NCBI GenBank assembly: GCA_963921275.4
Contig: OZ001293.3
Location: 2,976,001-3,040,000, forward strand
Direction of reading: 5' to 3'
DNA length: 64,000 nt
Origin: an uncultured Hormoscilla sp.
GTDB taxonomy: Bacteria; Cyanobacteriota; Cyanobacteriia; Cyanobacteriales; Desertifilaceae
This document shows, one piece after another, positions 1 to 9,499 of this stretch (its first letter is position 1; every line of letters begins with the position of its first letter). The position numbers were made by a program, and so were the translations under genes. The notes below the pieces were generated by a model, which was not told the DNA's origin, ran no database searches, and saw nothing but the letters and a program-made list of their open reading frames with translations.

Positions 1-886
1 ACATAATCTCAACATTGTCTTTAATTTCGCCCCCTCGCAGTGCATCGACCCTTGCTGCTGTCAAACCCAGTTCCTGGGGATTGACTGCGGTTATCTGCAC
101 CCGACCATCGGACAATACTGCCAAATCTGTTAAATCTCCCAACCCCGCCTCATCTAGTTTTTCCCGTCCGTGGAGGACGATCGCCTTCTGGGTTCCCAAC
201 TGCTGCAATGCTTGGGCGATCGTTTCTATCATCCCCCCATCGAAGACCCCGATCGCTTGACCTGTAGGGCGCAAGGGATTCACCAGTGGACCCAAGAGAT
301 TAAAGACAGTTCGCACCTTCAGAGTTTTCCGCAGACTCACTACCGCCTTCATCGCCGGATGCCAACCGGGGGCAAATAGAAACGTGATTCCTACTTCATC
401 AAGGGCCGAGACAACCTTCTGAGTGGGTGCATTCAGGTTCACGCCCAAACCTTCCAACACATCCGCCGAACCCACCTTACTTGATGCCGAACGATTGCCA
501 TGTTTGGCCACTTTCACCCCAGCGGCGGCGGCCACAAAGGCAACAGCAGTAGAGATATTAAAGGTAGAAGCACCATCCCCACCCGTTCCGCAAGTATCTA
601 TTACAGGGGTCGAATGTACGGTTTTGGGGTATGATTTAGATTGAGATTGCAATACCGAGGCCATGCCCGCCAGTTCTGTTGCTTCTACACCTTTAGCTTG
701 GATGGCCGCTAAGATCGCACCTGAGAGTACTGGCGGAATTGTCTCACTTAACCATCCCTCCATTAAGGACTCTGCCTGGGCCCGTGAGAGTGATTGCTTG
801 TCTAGGAGTTGTTGTAGTAAATTGGACCAGTTGGGGATTTGCACGTCAATTGCCATCGCTCGCTCCTGAGTCATAATTGTTGCCAT
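1..886 (-). CDS. trpD: anthranilate phosphoribosyltransferase (3' end runs off the window)
   Basis: Manual minus-strand translation from ATG 886: ...[50 protein letters not shown] (TrpD signature). Absent from the ORF track because no stop lies in the window. Confidence 0.95.
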   Translation of the reverse strand, partial: MATIMTQERAMAIDVQIPNWSNLLQQLLDKQSLSRAQAESLMEGWLSETIPPVLSGAILAAIQAKGVEATELAGMASVLQSQSKSYPKTVHSTPVIDTCGTGGDGASTFNISTAVAFVAAAAGVKVAKHGNRSASSKVGSADVLEGLGVNLNAPTQKVVSALDEVGITFLFAPGWHPAMKAVVSLRKTLKVRTVFNLLGPLVNPLRPTGQAIGVFDGGMIETIAQALQQLGTQKAIVLHGREKLDEAGLGDLTDLAVLSDGRVQITAVNPQELGLTAARVDALRGGEIKDNVEIM

Positions 887-991
887 ATTTGACTATTTTC
901 AATTGGAGATCGTCATGGGTTATTCAGTCAAGTCCTATATTGCGGTGTCTTCCTCCCATTGAAACCCATATCCTGCCTGGTGTCTAGACCC

Positions 992-1133
992 AATTTGCGA
1001 GGGATCCTGTTTTCGCACCCTTTTTCCTACCCCATGATCCCTAAAAAAATGGCTGAAACCCTTACAGGTCAAGGGAGCGATCGATCCCATAAAAACTCGT
1101 TGTTTCAGCCATTTTTCAGATCCCTCGCAAATT
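992..1133. repeat. palindromic intergenic element with nested inverted repeats
   Basis: AATTTGCGAGGGATC ... GATCCCTCGCAAATT, with inner AAAATGGCTGAAAC ... GTTTCAGCCATTTT. Confidence 0.6.
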
Positions 1134-1502
1134 TTACTAAATAATCAACAATTGGGGAGGTTTTGTAACAGACGGGCCACCGCACCTCGTTACCGGGTGT
1201 GGTCAAAAACAGTTGGTACACCGGAGTTCTCGCGGGGTGCAGGGCGAAGCATTCGGATAGGACATCTGTAAATTTATGTCATAATTTGCGGAAGAATGCT
1301 AGTCGCCCCTACAGGGGTATACGACAGGGAGGGCCCATAAACGATCAACGGGTTTTGACCACACCCACCTCGACCTGGTTCATATTTTGGCGGGACAGCG
1401 GGTAAAATCGCACCTTGCTGGCTGGGATTTATCGAACGAGGGCCCGGCTACATGAAACCGTTCTCAGGCAGAGTCGTGGGAACGAGGGGTTTGGCTACAT
1501 GA

Positions 1503-1722
1503 AAGCTATTGCATGCTTACACTAAGCTATTGTATGCTTACACTAAGCTATTGTATGCTTACACTAAGCTATTGTATGCTTACACTAAGCTATTGTATGC
1601 TTACACTAAATTATTGTATGCTTACACTAAATTATTGTATGCTTACACTAAATTATTGTATGTTTACACTAAGCTATTGTATGTTTACACTAAGCTATTG
1701 TATGCTTACACTAAGCTATTGT
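1503..1722. repeat. 21-bp tandem repeat, about 10.5 copies
   Basis: Unit AAGCTATTGTATGCTTACACT with minor variants; no spacers. Confidence 0.95.
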
Positions 1723-1844
1723 AAACATATGTTACAATTTTCTGACGCTCGGCGCCAGCAACCGCTCTCAAGGTCGCCGTGCCGGGCACGGCAACCCCTT
1801 GATGCAGAGCTTATCAGAAACATCCTCCCGTGGGAATCATTAAC

Positions 1845-3353
1845 TTAGAGGGAAAAAGTAAATCCCATTTTTACCTCCCAGATGCTGTCATTGTCGCTGT
1901 CGCTTTCTGGGTTAATCTGTACAGACAAATTATAATTCCATCTAATCCGGTCAGTCAAAGGATAGCTATAGGTTCCTGCAATTGTCAACCCAGTATCGGG
2001 ATCTATTCGTTCGGAAAGGTCATTTTCGGTCACCTTCGGTTCCATTCTGAACAGGAAACTCAACTGAGACCCTAGTTTACCTACGTCTGGAAAAGCCAGT
2101 CCGAGCCCCCAGTACCAAAGCTCGGCTTCAGCACCTCTGGAACCTTCAAAGATTCCCTGAGATCCAGGAGAACTTTCTGCCTTCGCCTCAGTATAACCCA
2201 CCCAAGCGCCTGCGATCAGGCTATCGCTAAACCGATAGTTGGCTTCGATGCCATAAGCATTTGCTGATGTTGCGGTATCTTCACCAAAAGCTGCTCCCGC
2301 AAAGCTGCTGCCACCACGCCCAACATTAGGGCTATTAGGAGCATAGTAACGCGCATAGGTAAGACCGATACCCAGGCGATCATTCGGTGTCAAAGTCACC
2401 TGAGCTAAAGCTCCAAATTTACCGTTAAAAAGCCCTTTCCCCTCACTGGGATCCGATATACTATCATCCGAACCGAAATAAGTTGCGCCAATTTCCAGCC
2501 AATCATTTAATTGATAGTTTATCCCCACGCCACCACCAGAACTGAGCCCGTAGATGGGGCTGCTGGAGACCGGATTTAATGAGGGAACAACGCTTGTTGC
2601 CGACTGACCCCTTGCCACTAAGTAGAATTGACCGCGAAAGCCCAGGGGAAATCGATAGAACACCGAGCCCCAACTAATTTCACCACTGCCAGTGAGCCCA
2701 GCTCGCAACAGGTCTCTACCGGTGAAACTGGTGTCAAAGTTGAGAGACGCCGAACCTCCAAATGTGAGATTTTCCTCTGGATCTTTGTTCCAACTCTCAG
2801 TAAAAGTGAAGCTGGCTGACCCAAATAGCTTCGCTGTAGTAGAGAACTGATTCGCTTCCAGTTCAGCCGTCAGGGCTTCCAGGGCATCTACTCGACCCCG
2901 CAGAGTCGCCAGTTCTGGGGCATACTCGTCTTGCAGCCGTAGCAACCTATTTATGTCATCTCTGTCCAGTACATTGCTTGTCGCACTGGCAATTAGTTCA
3001 TTTATCCTGTCTAAACAGGCATTCAATCCCGCCGCAAACTCATATCTCGTTAAGGCCCGATTCCCCCGATACCTGCCATCGGGATAACCGGCGACACAAC
3101 CGTAGCGTTCTACCAATGATTGTAATGCTTGGTATGCCCAATCTGTTGGTTGGATATCAGATAGTTGAGACACCGATGTTGTCTGCCATCGCTGCCGGGA
3201 ATCTCCAACATTCTCCCCCACATCAGAAGATAATTCTTCTACCGAAATGAAGGGACTCCCTAAGCTGCCATTAGTCTGGGCCAGACTAAGATCGCCTATC
3301 GTCAAGCTCGATCCTAGTATTGCCGACGCGATCGGCAATAGACATTTTTTCAC
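1845..3353 (-). CDS. cyanobacterial outer-membrane porin (SLH domain + OprB/Som-type barrel)
   Basis: SVSQLSDIQPTDWAYQALQSLVERYGCVAGYPDG..TRYEFAAGLNAC SLH motif; NQFSTT; DTSFTGRD; C-terminal beta strand. Confidence 0.92.
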   Translation of the reverse strand: MKKCLLPIASAILGSSLTIGDLSLAQTNGSLGSPFISVEELSSDVGENVGDSRQRWQTTSVSQLSDIQPTDWAYQALQSLVERYGCVAGYPDGRYRGNRALTRYEFAAGLNACLDRINELIASATSNVLDRDDINRLLRLQDEYAPELATLRGRVDALEALTAELEANQFSTTAKLFGSASFTFTESWNKDPEENLTFGGSASLNFDTSFTGRDLLRAGLTGSGEISWGSVFYRFPLGFRGQFYLVARGQSATSVVPSLNPVSSSPIYGLSSGGGVGINYQLNDWLEIGATYFGSDDSISDPSEGKGLFNGKFGALAQVTLTPNDRLGIGLTYARYYAPNSPNVGRGGSSFAGAAFGEDTATSANAYGIEANYRFSDSLIAGAWVGYTEAKAESSPGSQGIFEGSRGAEAELWYWGLGLAFPDVGKLGSQLSFLFRMEPKVTENDLSERIDPDTGLTIAGTYSYPLTDRIRWNYNLSVQINPESDSDNDSIWEVKMGFTFSL

Positions 3354-3498
3354 CGTCTATTCTCCTCACACAACACATCCCTCGATCTCTGGTGATACAA
3401 TATCAATCACCCCCTGTCAAGAGACCGGGCAACGTGCACTTACGGGCAAGGTGCAGCACTGCCTATAATACAACTGACCACTGACAATTCACAATGTC

Positions 3499-4515
3499 CT
3501 AGGGACTAATCGTGATATTGTTATGGATGTAATCCCGCAGCTTAGGAAGCTCAGAAGGAGAAAGTGCCACGTAAAATAGTTCAGCGTTAATTTCTGGACC
3601 CATGCTCGTCACCCAAGTAACGAAGTCTTTTATTGCTTGAGCGATTTCGGCATTGGGGTATTTCTGGTAAAATATCAGCATACTCGTACCGATGATCGGA
3701 TAGCCCTCATCTGGGTCATCTATTTTTTTGAGTGAGAAATTCTCGTCCCACTCTGTTGTTAGCAGCGCTTTATGGGACTGATCTACCGTAGGTCGGACAT
3801 ATTCTCCCTTCTTATTTTCCAGTCGGGCTGTCGATAAGTTGTAGCTCAAGGCATAATTTGCTTCTACATACCCGATCGCCCCATCATTTAGGGCCACCGT
3901 CGATGCCACTCCTGCATCCCCATCACGACTCGCAAACAAGTTGAAACCCCATTCTGGGTTTTTCGTAGCCTCTATTTCCCCTTTTGTCAGGGCACTCAAG
4001 TGACGGGTGAAAATCAAGTTCGTACCGCTGCCATCGTCATGGACAACCACCTGGATTTTTTGGCTTGGCAACCGAGGACTCACCTGATTCCAATTACCGA
4101 TTTGACCTGTGAATATTTTCACTAGCGTCTCCCGAGATATCAAGATATCCGGAGGTGCCTTTCTGAGATTGTATATCACTGCCACCCCGTTTCCTACCGT
4201 GGACAGCAATAGCAAACCCCGATCCATCTGTTCTCTTTCTGCACGTGTTGGCGGTGCATCGCTGGCTATGAAGTCTACCGACTCATTCTGAAATCTTTCT
4301 ATACTACCGGCGCTACTCCTAACTACGTACTTTATTTTTACACCGGTTTTTTCCTCGTATTCGGTAAAATAACGCTGGTAAGCTGGGAGACCAAAACTTG
4401 TTACCACACCGCTGATGGTTTGCGCTATTGCTGCATTAACCGCACTTAAGGAAAACCCGATCGCCATGCTTGTTGCTGTTAAGGCTTTACGCCAACTGCT
4501 TGCTTTCACTACCAT
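3499..4515 (-). CDS. pstS: PstS-family periplasmic phosphate-binding protein (divergent)
   Basis: Signal peptide; DFIASDAP, IFTGQIGNWN, DGSGT, GAIGYVE and YPI motifs. Confidence 0.85.
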   Translation of the reverse strand: MVVKASSWRKALTATSMAIGFSLSAVNAAIAQTISGVVTSFGLPAYQRYFTEYEEKTGVKIKYVVRSSAGSIERFQNESVDFIASDAPPTRAEREQMDRGLLLLSTVGNGVAVIYNLRKAPPDILISRETLVKIFTGQIGNWNQVSPRLPSQKIQVVVHDDGSGTNLIFTRHLSALTKGEIEATKNPEWGFNLFASRDGDAGVASTVALNDGAIGYVEANYALSYNLSTARLENKKGEYVRPTVDQSHKALLTTEWDENFSLKKIDDPDEGYPIIGTSMLIFYQKYPNAEIAQAIKDFVTWVTSMGPEINAELFYVALSPSELPKLRDYIHNNITISP

Positions 4516-4554
4516 CTTTCCCTATTTCCTCCTGTCTTGGTTAGATCCTCTTTC

Positions 4555-4585
4555 ATTATAGCCCTATTCTCTGTGTACTTGTCAA
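4555..4585 (-). promoter_or_regulatory. sigma70-like promoter for pstS
   Basis: TTGACA-N19-TATAAT on the minus strand; the same arrangement is kept in the paralogous copy at 5981-6011. Confidence 0.5.
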
Positions 4586-4665
4586 ATATTAAGGAATATG
4601 AAGTCCGAGACCTGACATGGCCTACAGGATTTCACCGATCTTACCAGACTAGCGGTGTCTCCTGG

Positions 4666-5908
4666 CTGATAGGGGTACAACGCGGGTTAGAACGTAGATA
4701 GGGCAAGCTCTATGGTACGCTGTCCTTTTTTATAATCCTTGATGAAACGGCGGTTAATTTGCCAAAGTTCCTTCACAGTTTTTGGGCACAATTGCTCTCG
4801 GTTTTAGCCTGCAGATGCTGACCAACATAAAAAGAGCTATGTCTGCCTTGAGATTTCCCCTTAGTCTCAGGACGGGCAACACGCTACCGCTATTTTTGAA
4901 TCCCATTCGCTTGATTTTTTGCCCTTCTCGAGTTGCCCTAGGCAATAGCCACAATAATCATCAGTAAGATAAGCTATGCATGCTCCCAGTCTTGACCCTT
5001 CAAGATTATAGCCACCTGATTGGAAATCTCGAAAATATCAAAACCTTTTTGATAAGCTTGCCATCCCTAGGAAAATTTGTTAAAACGTACCAAGATTCTT
5101 TAGCTTTGAATCCTCGGTAATTTTTCTGACATGGGACATGTTCCAAATCCTTTCCTCACTTGTCGAGCATTGACAAACAGTTTTATCCCGGGTTTAAAGG
5201 TCTCGAAGTTCCTGAAATATCCCAGACTCTCTTGCAATTTTTGTGTCACATGTCTTAAACAAAAGTAGGCTTGACGCTCCCTAACCAATGTCCTAGCTTA
5301 GGTGAACAAAATTCTCGGTCTCCTAACAGGACCACAACATATTCTGATAATACCTCTAGACTCTATGGCTGCTTCGCTACGCGATAAGCAAAACACTTTG
5401 TTGCTAGTAGCAAGTTACTACTCCCTTTCTTGTCTATAAATTCCCAGGAAATTGGCCAAAACCTATGGTCATAAACTACCCTGACTAATAAAATGTTGCT
5501 CTTTCCCCAACTCCTGCGCTCGCTCGCAACATAAAGGGTATCCTCCGGATGAAAGACAGTGGCTAAAAGAGACTTTATACAAGGACACAGTAGGGTTTCT
5601 ATACTTAAAGCATCCAGTCGAGGGAAATCTGCGGAGCATCCTCTGCGACGACTTTCAAGTAATATGGGTAAAGGAAGAGCCTCTGCTAAAACCTCAAGCT
5701 TCACTTGCCAATCGCATTTGTAACGCCGCAACCAGCAAGACAACTGACAGATACGTAGCGTGGCCCGCAAGGATAATTTTCTGGTATTCTTTTGCTATCA
5801 TTTTTCTTCCATAGAGCAGATCTACTAGATCTGCTCTATCTTTTTCTTCACTTTTTTTCTGTATAAGCTGCTACATAAGGCTTTCAAGCTCCGTTGTCCC
5901 CCTATCAG
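4666..5908 (-). mobile_element. degenerate IS4-family element
   Basis: Terminal inverted repeats CTGATAGGGG(T/G)ACAACG; fragmented transposase (LPLPILLESRRR, WPISWEFIDKKGSSN). Confidence 0.8.
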
Positions 5909-5910
5909 GG

Positions 5911-5941
5911 CTCTACGCCAACTGCTTGCTTTCACCACCAT
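5911..5941 (-). pseudogene. 5' stub of a second pstS paralogue (MVVKASSWR) cut by the IS4 end
   Basis: 5913-6091 aligns with 4487-4665, covering the start codons, promoter and upstream element. Confidence 0.8.
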
Positions 5942-6022
5942 CATTCGCTATTTTCTCCTCTCTTGGGTATATCATCATCCATTATAGCCCTATTCTCTGT
6001 GCAGTTGTCAAATATTAAGTAT

Positions 6023-6134
6023 TATGAAGTCCGAGACCTGACATGGCCTACAGGATTTCACCGATCTTACCAGACTAGCGGTGTCTCCTGGTCGGGAGAT
6101 GTCTTGTGACACAGCCGCCTAATCGCACTTCATA
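6023..6134 (-). ncRNA. candidate structured RNA (multi-stem junction); IS-truncated second copy at 4597-4665
   Basis: Closing stem TATGAAGT/ACTTCATA around hairpins TGTC-GACA, TCTCC-GGAGA, CACCG-CGGTG and CCTG-CAGG; the shared segment is identical in both copies. Confidence 0.55.
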
Positions 6135-6550
6135 GGAGACACTGCGGAGCCATTATTCATTAACTATATCATAGCCGCAGCAACCTAAATCAAGTTGTCA
6201 ATGTTCCTTGACAGGTAGCAGGGCTGGTGTGGTAAGATGGACTTGTCGCGATCGCCAGCGTATGGCTGCACACGCTTCGCTACGCTACACGGCTACGCGC
6301 GATCAGACCACAGACTCTCTGGCTGGATGACTTTAGTATAGCCCGTGGGCTCAAAATTTTGGATCGTGGAAAAAGAAAATGGTAAAGTAAGAGTAACTAA
6401 AAAGGTAGAAAAGCGATGAAATAAACTGGATGCATCTCAGTTTTGCAAATTTAGCAATTGAAAATTGATCAAGATAAAATTTATAATTGTTCCCTTTTAC
6501 ATATTTGCAATTATACCCGTAGGATTCGCAAATACAAGTACAAAAGTGAG

Positions 6551-6955
6551 ATGCTCCGAAATCAACTATCTGCAGTCTAGGTATCGTTGTTATAACTATT
6601 CTCACTTTAGCAGCTACAGCACCACTAGCCTGTTCTGATGCTATTGTCAACTCGGAAACTTTAGAAAACAAACAGTTACAAAACATGGATTATCAAATCA
6701 CAGCAGTGGATTTAGTCAATCGCGCCTATCGCGGTGCCTATCGCGCAGCGCGATCGCTGCGCGAAAATAGAGAAACCAAGGAATTTATAGTTATCAGGCC
6801 CTCGTCCTCTCTTATACGAGGCGCACATTTACTGCTAAAGATCTGGTGGAAGCAGCCGTGAAAGCCAAACTAATCCAGGAAGCTGCTGTTAATGACCGGA
6901 GGTACTTAAATGATGTCAATGCCCAACTAAAAGCTCTCGAAGATATCTGGAGATA
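6551..6955 (+). pseudogene. frameshifted secreted hypothetical protein
   Basis: Signal-peptide-like segment and AKDLVEAAVKAKL..YLNDVNAQL lie in different frames; palindromic insert near 6735-6765. Confidence 0.45.
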
Positions 6956-6989
6956 AAGCTATGCTTGTAAATTGAGCATATTGAAGATT

Positions 6990-7520
6990 ATGAATCTGCC
7001 AACCGGGATTACTTTCTCTCGTTTGCTGGGGATACCATTTATCCTCTACTTTTTAACGGCACCTACTCCCACCCAGCGCTGGATATCTCTGGCAATCTTT
7101 CTAGTTGCTGCTGGTACGGATTGGTTAGATGGCTATTTGGCCAGGAAATTGAACCAAGTTACAGATTTGGGCAAGTTTCTCGACCCCTTGGTAGATAAGT
7201 TGCTGGTGCTTGCGCCTTTGCTTTCTTTAATTGATTTGGGGCAAGTGCCAGCTTGGGGCGTGTTTGTGATTTTAGCACGAGAGTTGGCGATCGCAGGTTG
7301 GCGGGTTAATCAACCCCACATCTCTGGGGCGAATATCTGGGGGAAGCTCAAAACTGTCAGTCAAATCGGGGCCTGTGCCCTTCTCATCGCCCCCACTCCT
7401 GATAGCTGGGAAATCCCTTCTCTGATTGTCTTCTGGGTTGCTGTCGCTCTCACTTTGATTTCTGGCGCTATCTATCTATTGCCCAAAAGAGAAAAAAACT
7501 CGACAAAAATTAACAATTAA
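6990..7520 (+). CDS. pgsA: CDP-diacylglycerol--glycerol-3-phosphate 3-phosphatidyltransferase
   Basis: TDWLDGYLARKLNQVTDLGKFLDPLVDKLL CDP-alcohol phosphotransferase motif; start taken at MNLP. Confidence 0.95.
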   Translation: MNLPTGITFSRLLGIPFILYFLTAPTPTQRWISLAIFLVAAGTDWLDGYLARKLNQVTDLGKFLDPLVDKLLVLAPLLSLIDLGQVPAWGVFVILARELAIAGWRVNQPHISGANIWGKLKTVSQIGACALLIAPTPDSWEIPSLIVFWVAVALTLISGAIYLLPKREKNSTKINN

Positions 7521-8436
7521 TCATATTTGGGATAATTAAAAATCGCGATAGCCTACTTGGAGTCAATGGAAAGAGATTTTTGAAAATTATCTCATTTTAC
7601 CAGAGATTCGGAAACATCTTTATGCCCAGATAATCTGCATGACTTTGATTTGGGATGCTAATTTAAACTTGATTGACGAAAAGCTCGATATTCACTCTCC
7701 TTTTCTTACTGCTAAACTGGAGAAAGAAGCAGATTTAGAATGAATAGTCGCCCTCACGTTAATTTCTGGTGCTATCTATCTATTGCCCGGAAAAGCGGAG
7801 AAAATGGGTGAGGCAATGAATCGCCAATGTCCAGTAGGGGCATGGCATCAGCAGTAAGATAGGTTAATCGAAACATGTTTAAAATGCCGTGCCCGGCTCC
7901 ATGCGATCGCCATATTCCGCCGACGCTGGAGAGAAATAGCCGAATAGTCAAAAAAACCGGGTTTCCGACTCAGCAGAAACCCGGTGCATTCCGATTAAAG
8001 GAGAACGCTGCGCGAAAAATCGAATGTCATGGTACAAATCCCATCATTGTCAATCGCTTCCCCCCAGGCGATCGCCTGGGGATATCCGGTCAGCAACCAC
8101 CACCAGAACGGGGGTGGGCGCGATTATTCTACCGGTGCTTGTTCCGACTTATCAGGGTAATAAAATTGCCCTCCAGCTTATTCGGCACAATTCGGCACCA
8201 TATAATTTGCACCGGCAGTATGTCGCGCAACAATGAGGTTAAATTCGTACATATTCAATCTTCCTTTTTGGTAATTTTCTATTGCTATTTTTATAGTAAT
8301 TCATAATTTTTGATTTGGATATAAAAAAATTAAAAATTACCAAAGTTTTTTAATTTTTTTTCTGGGGACGACATGGCACTGGCGCAGGCATCCGGTGATG
8401 CTGCTAGGTGGATGGTGGGCAGTGCCCACCCGACGT

Positions 8437-9363
8437 TTAGATGATTTCATCATCGACGGAAAAGTCAACTTCCGCCTTATGCTTACTCTGAGTTAGGTAA
8501 TCCTTCTCGAAGGATTCTTTCAGACCAGAAAGCATGTCAAATTCTGGCCGCCAGTTGAGTTCGGTCATGGCTTTATGTACGTCAGCGAAGAAATGCTGCA
8601 CTCGCAGAGGGAAGGCTTTGCGCTTGCCGAAATCAAACTTTTTCGGGTCGTAATGTACTATATTAATGCTATCAGGTGATTTGCCGGCGGCTTGGGTACA
8701 GGCACGGGCTAAACCGTTAAAAGTGACGTAGCGATCGCCCGAAACATTATAGATCTGCCCGATCGCCTGAGAGTTTCCCAAGACAGCTGCCATAGCCCGA
8801 GCCAAGTCTTGACAATGTCCCAGTTGGGTGATATGATAGCCATTACTGGGGATAGGAATGGGGCGATCACGGACAATCCGGTCAAAGAACCAGGATTCCA
8901 AAGGATTATAATTCTTGGGTCCATAGATATAGGTAGGACGAATGGCAGTAAAGGGCAAACCAAGTGCTTGGAGATATGCTTCCGTTTCATACTTACCCTT
9001 GTGGCGAGAATTGGGGTCGATCGCATCTGACTCTACATGGGGCATTTGGTCGGATTTGAGATAGACTCCGGCAGAACTCATGTAGACAAAATGCTGGACC
9101 CTGTCCTTAAACATATCGGCAAGGGGTTGAGTGTCGCTGAGTTGGCGGCCATTGTTATCAAAGATAGCGTCAAACTTTTCCTGGGAAAGTTTTTCCTGGA
9201 GTTGGGCCGGATCGGTGCGATCGCCATGAATCTGCTTGACCCCCGGGACTGGTGCCGGTTGATTGCCGCGATTAAACAGCACAACTTCATGACCTTGTGC
9301 GACCAGAATTGGCGTGAGGTAAACACCGATAAACCGGGTGCCACCCATAATTAAGATTCTCAT
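8437..9363 (-). CDS. NAD-dependent epimerase/dehydratase family protein (CSP41b-like)
   Basis: MGGTRFIG, FNRG, DNNGR, YMSSAGVY, RPTYIYGP and KKFDFGKRKAFP motifs. Confidence 0.9.
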   Translation of the reverse strand: MRILIMGGTRFIGVYLTPILVAQGHEVVLFNRGNQPAPVPGVKQIHGDRTDPAQLQEKLSQEKFDAIFDNNGRQLSDTQPLADMFKDRVQHFVYMSSAGVYLKSDQMPHVESDAIDPNSRHKGKYETEAYLQALGLPFTAIRPTYIYGPKNYNPLESWFFDRIVRDRPIPIPSNGYHITQLGHCQDLARAMAAVLGNSQAIGQIYNVSGDRYVTFNGLARACTQAAGKSPDSINIVHYDPKKFDFGKRKAFPLRVQHFFADVHKAMTELNWRPEFDMLSGLKESFEKDYLTQSKHKAEVDFSVDDEII

Positions 9364-9499
9364 GACCTTGTTGATTGTTAATGGTTAAAGGTGAATTGCC
9401 AGCTTCCCGAGAAACGGAAGGCATTGGCAATCTGGTAGAGATTGTACTCCAGAAAGTAAAATATATACTATACTGAAGCAGGTTTGATAGGTGAGGTTG

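Noticed and set aside
992..1133. CRISPR leader
   Set aside because: It resembles cyanobacterial leader palindromes, but no repeat-spacer array follows.
1503..1722. CRISPR array or the small repetitive ORFs (YAYTKLL, MLTLSYC)
   Set aside because: Units abut with no unique spacers and no cas genes are nearby; the ORFs are by-products of the repeat.
6023..6134. Cobalamin or ykkC-type riboswitch
   Set aside because: Only CGGTGAAATCC resembles the cobalamin consensus; the B12 box and the ykkC CUAGGGUUCC core are absent.
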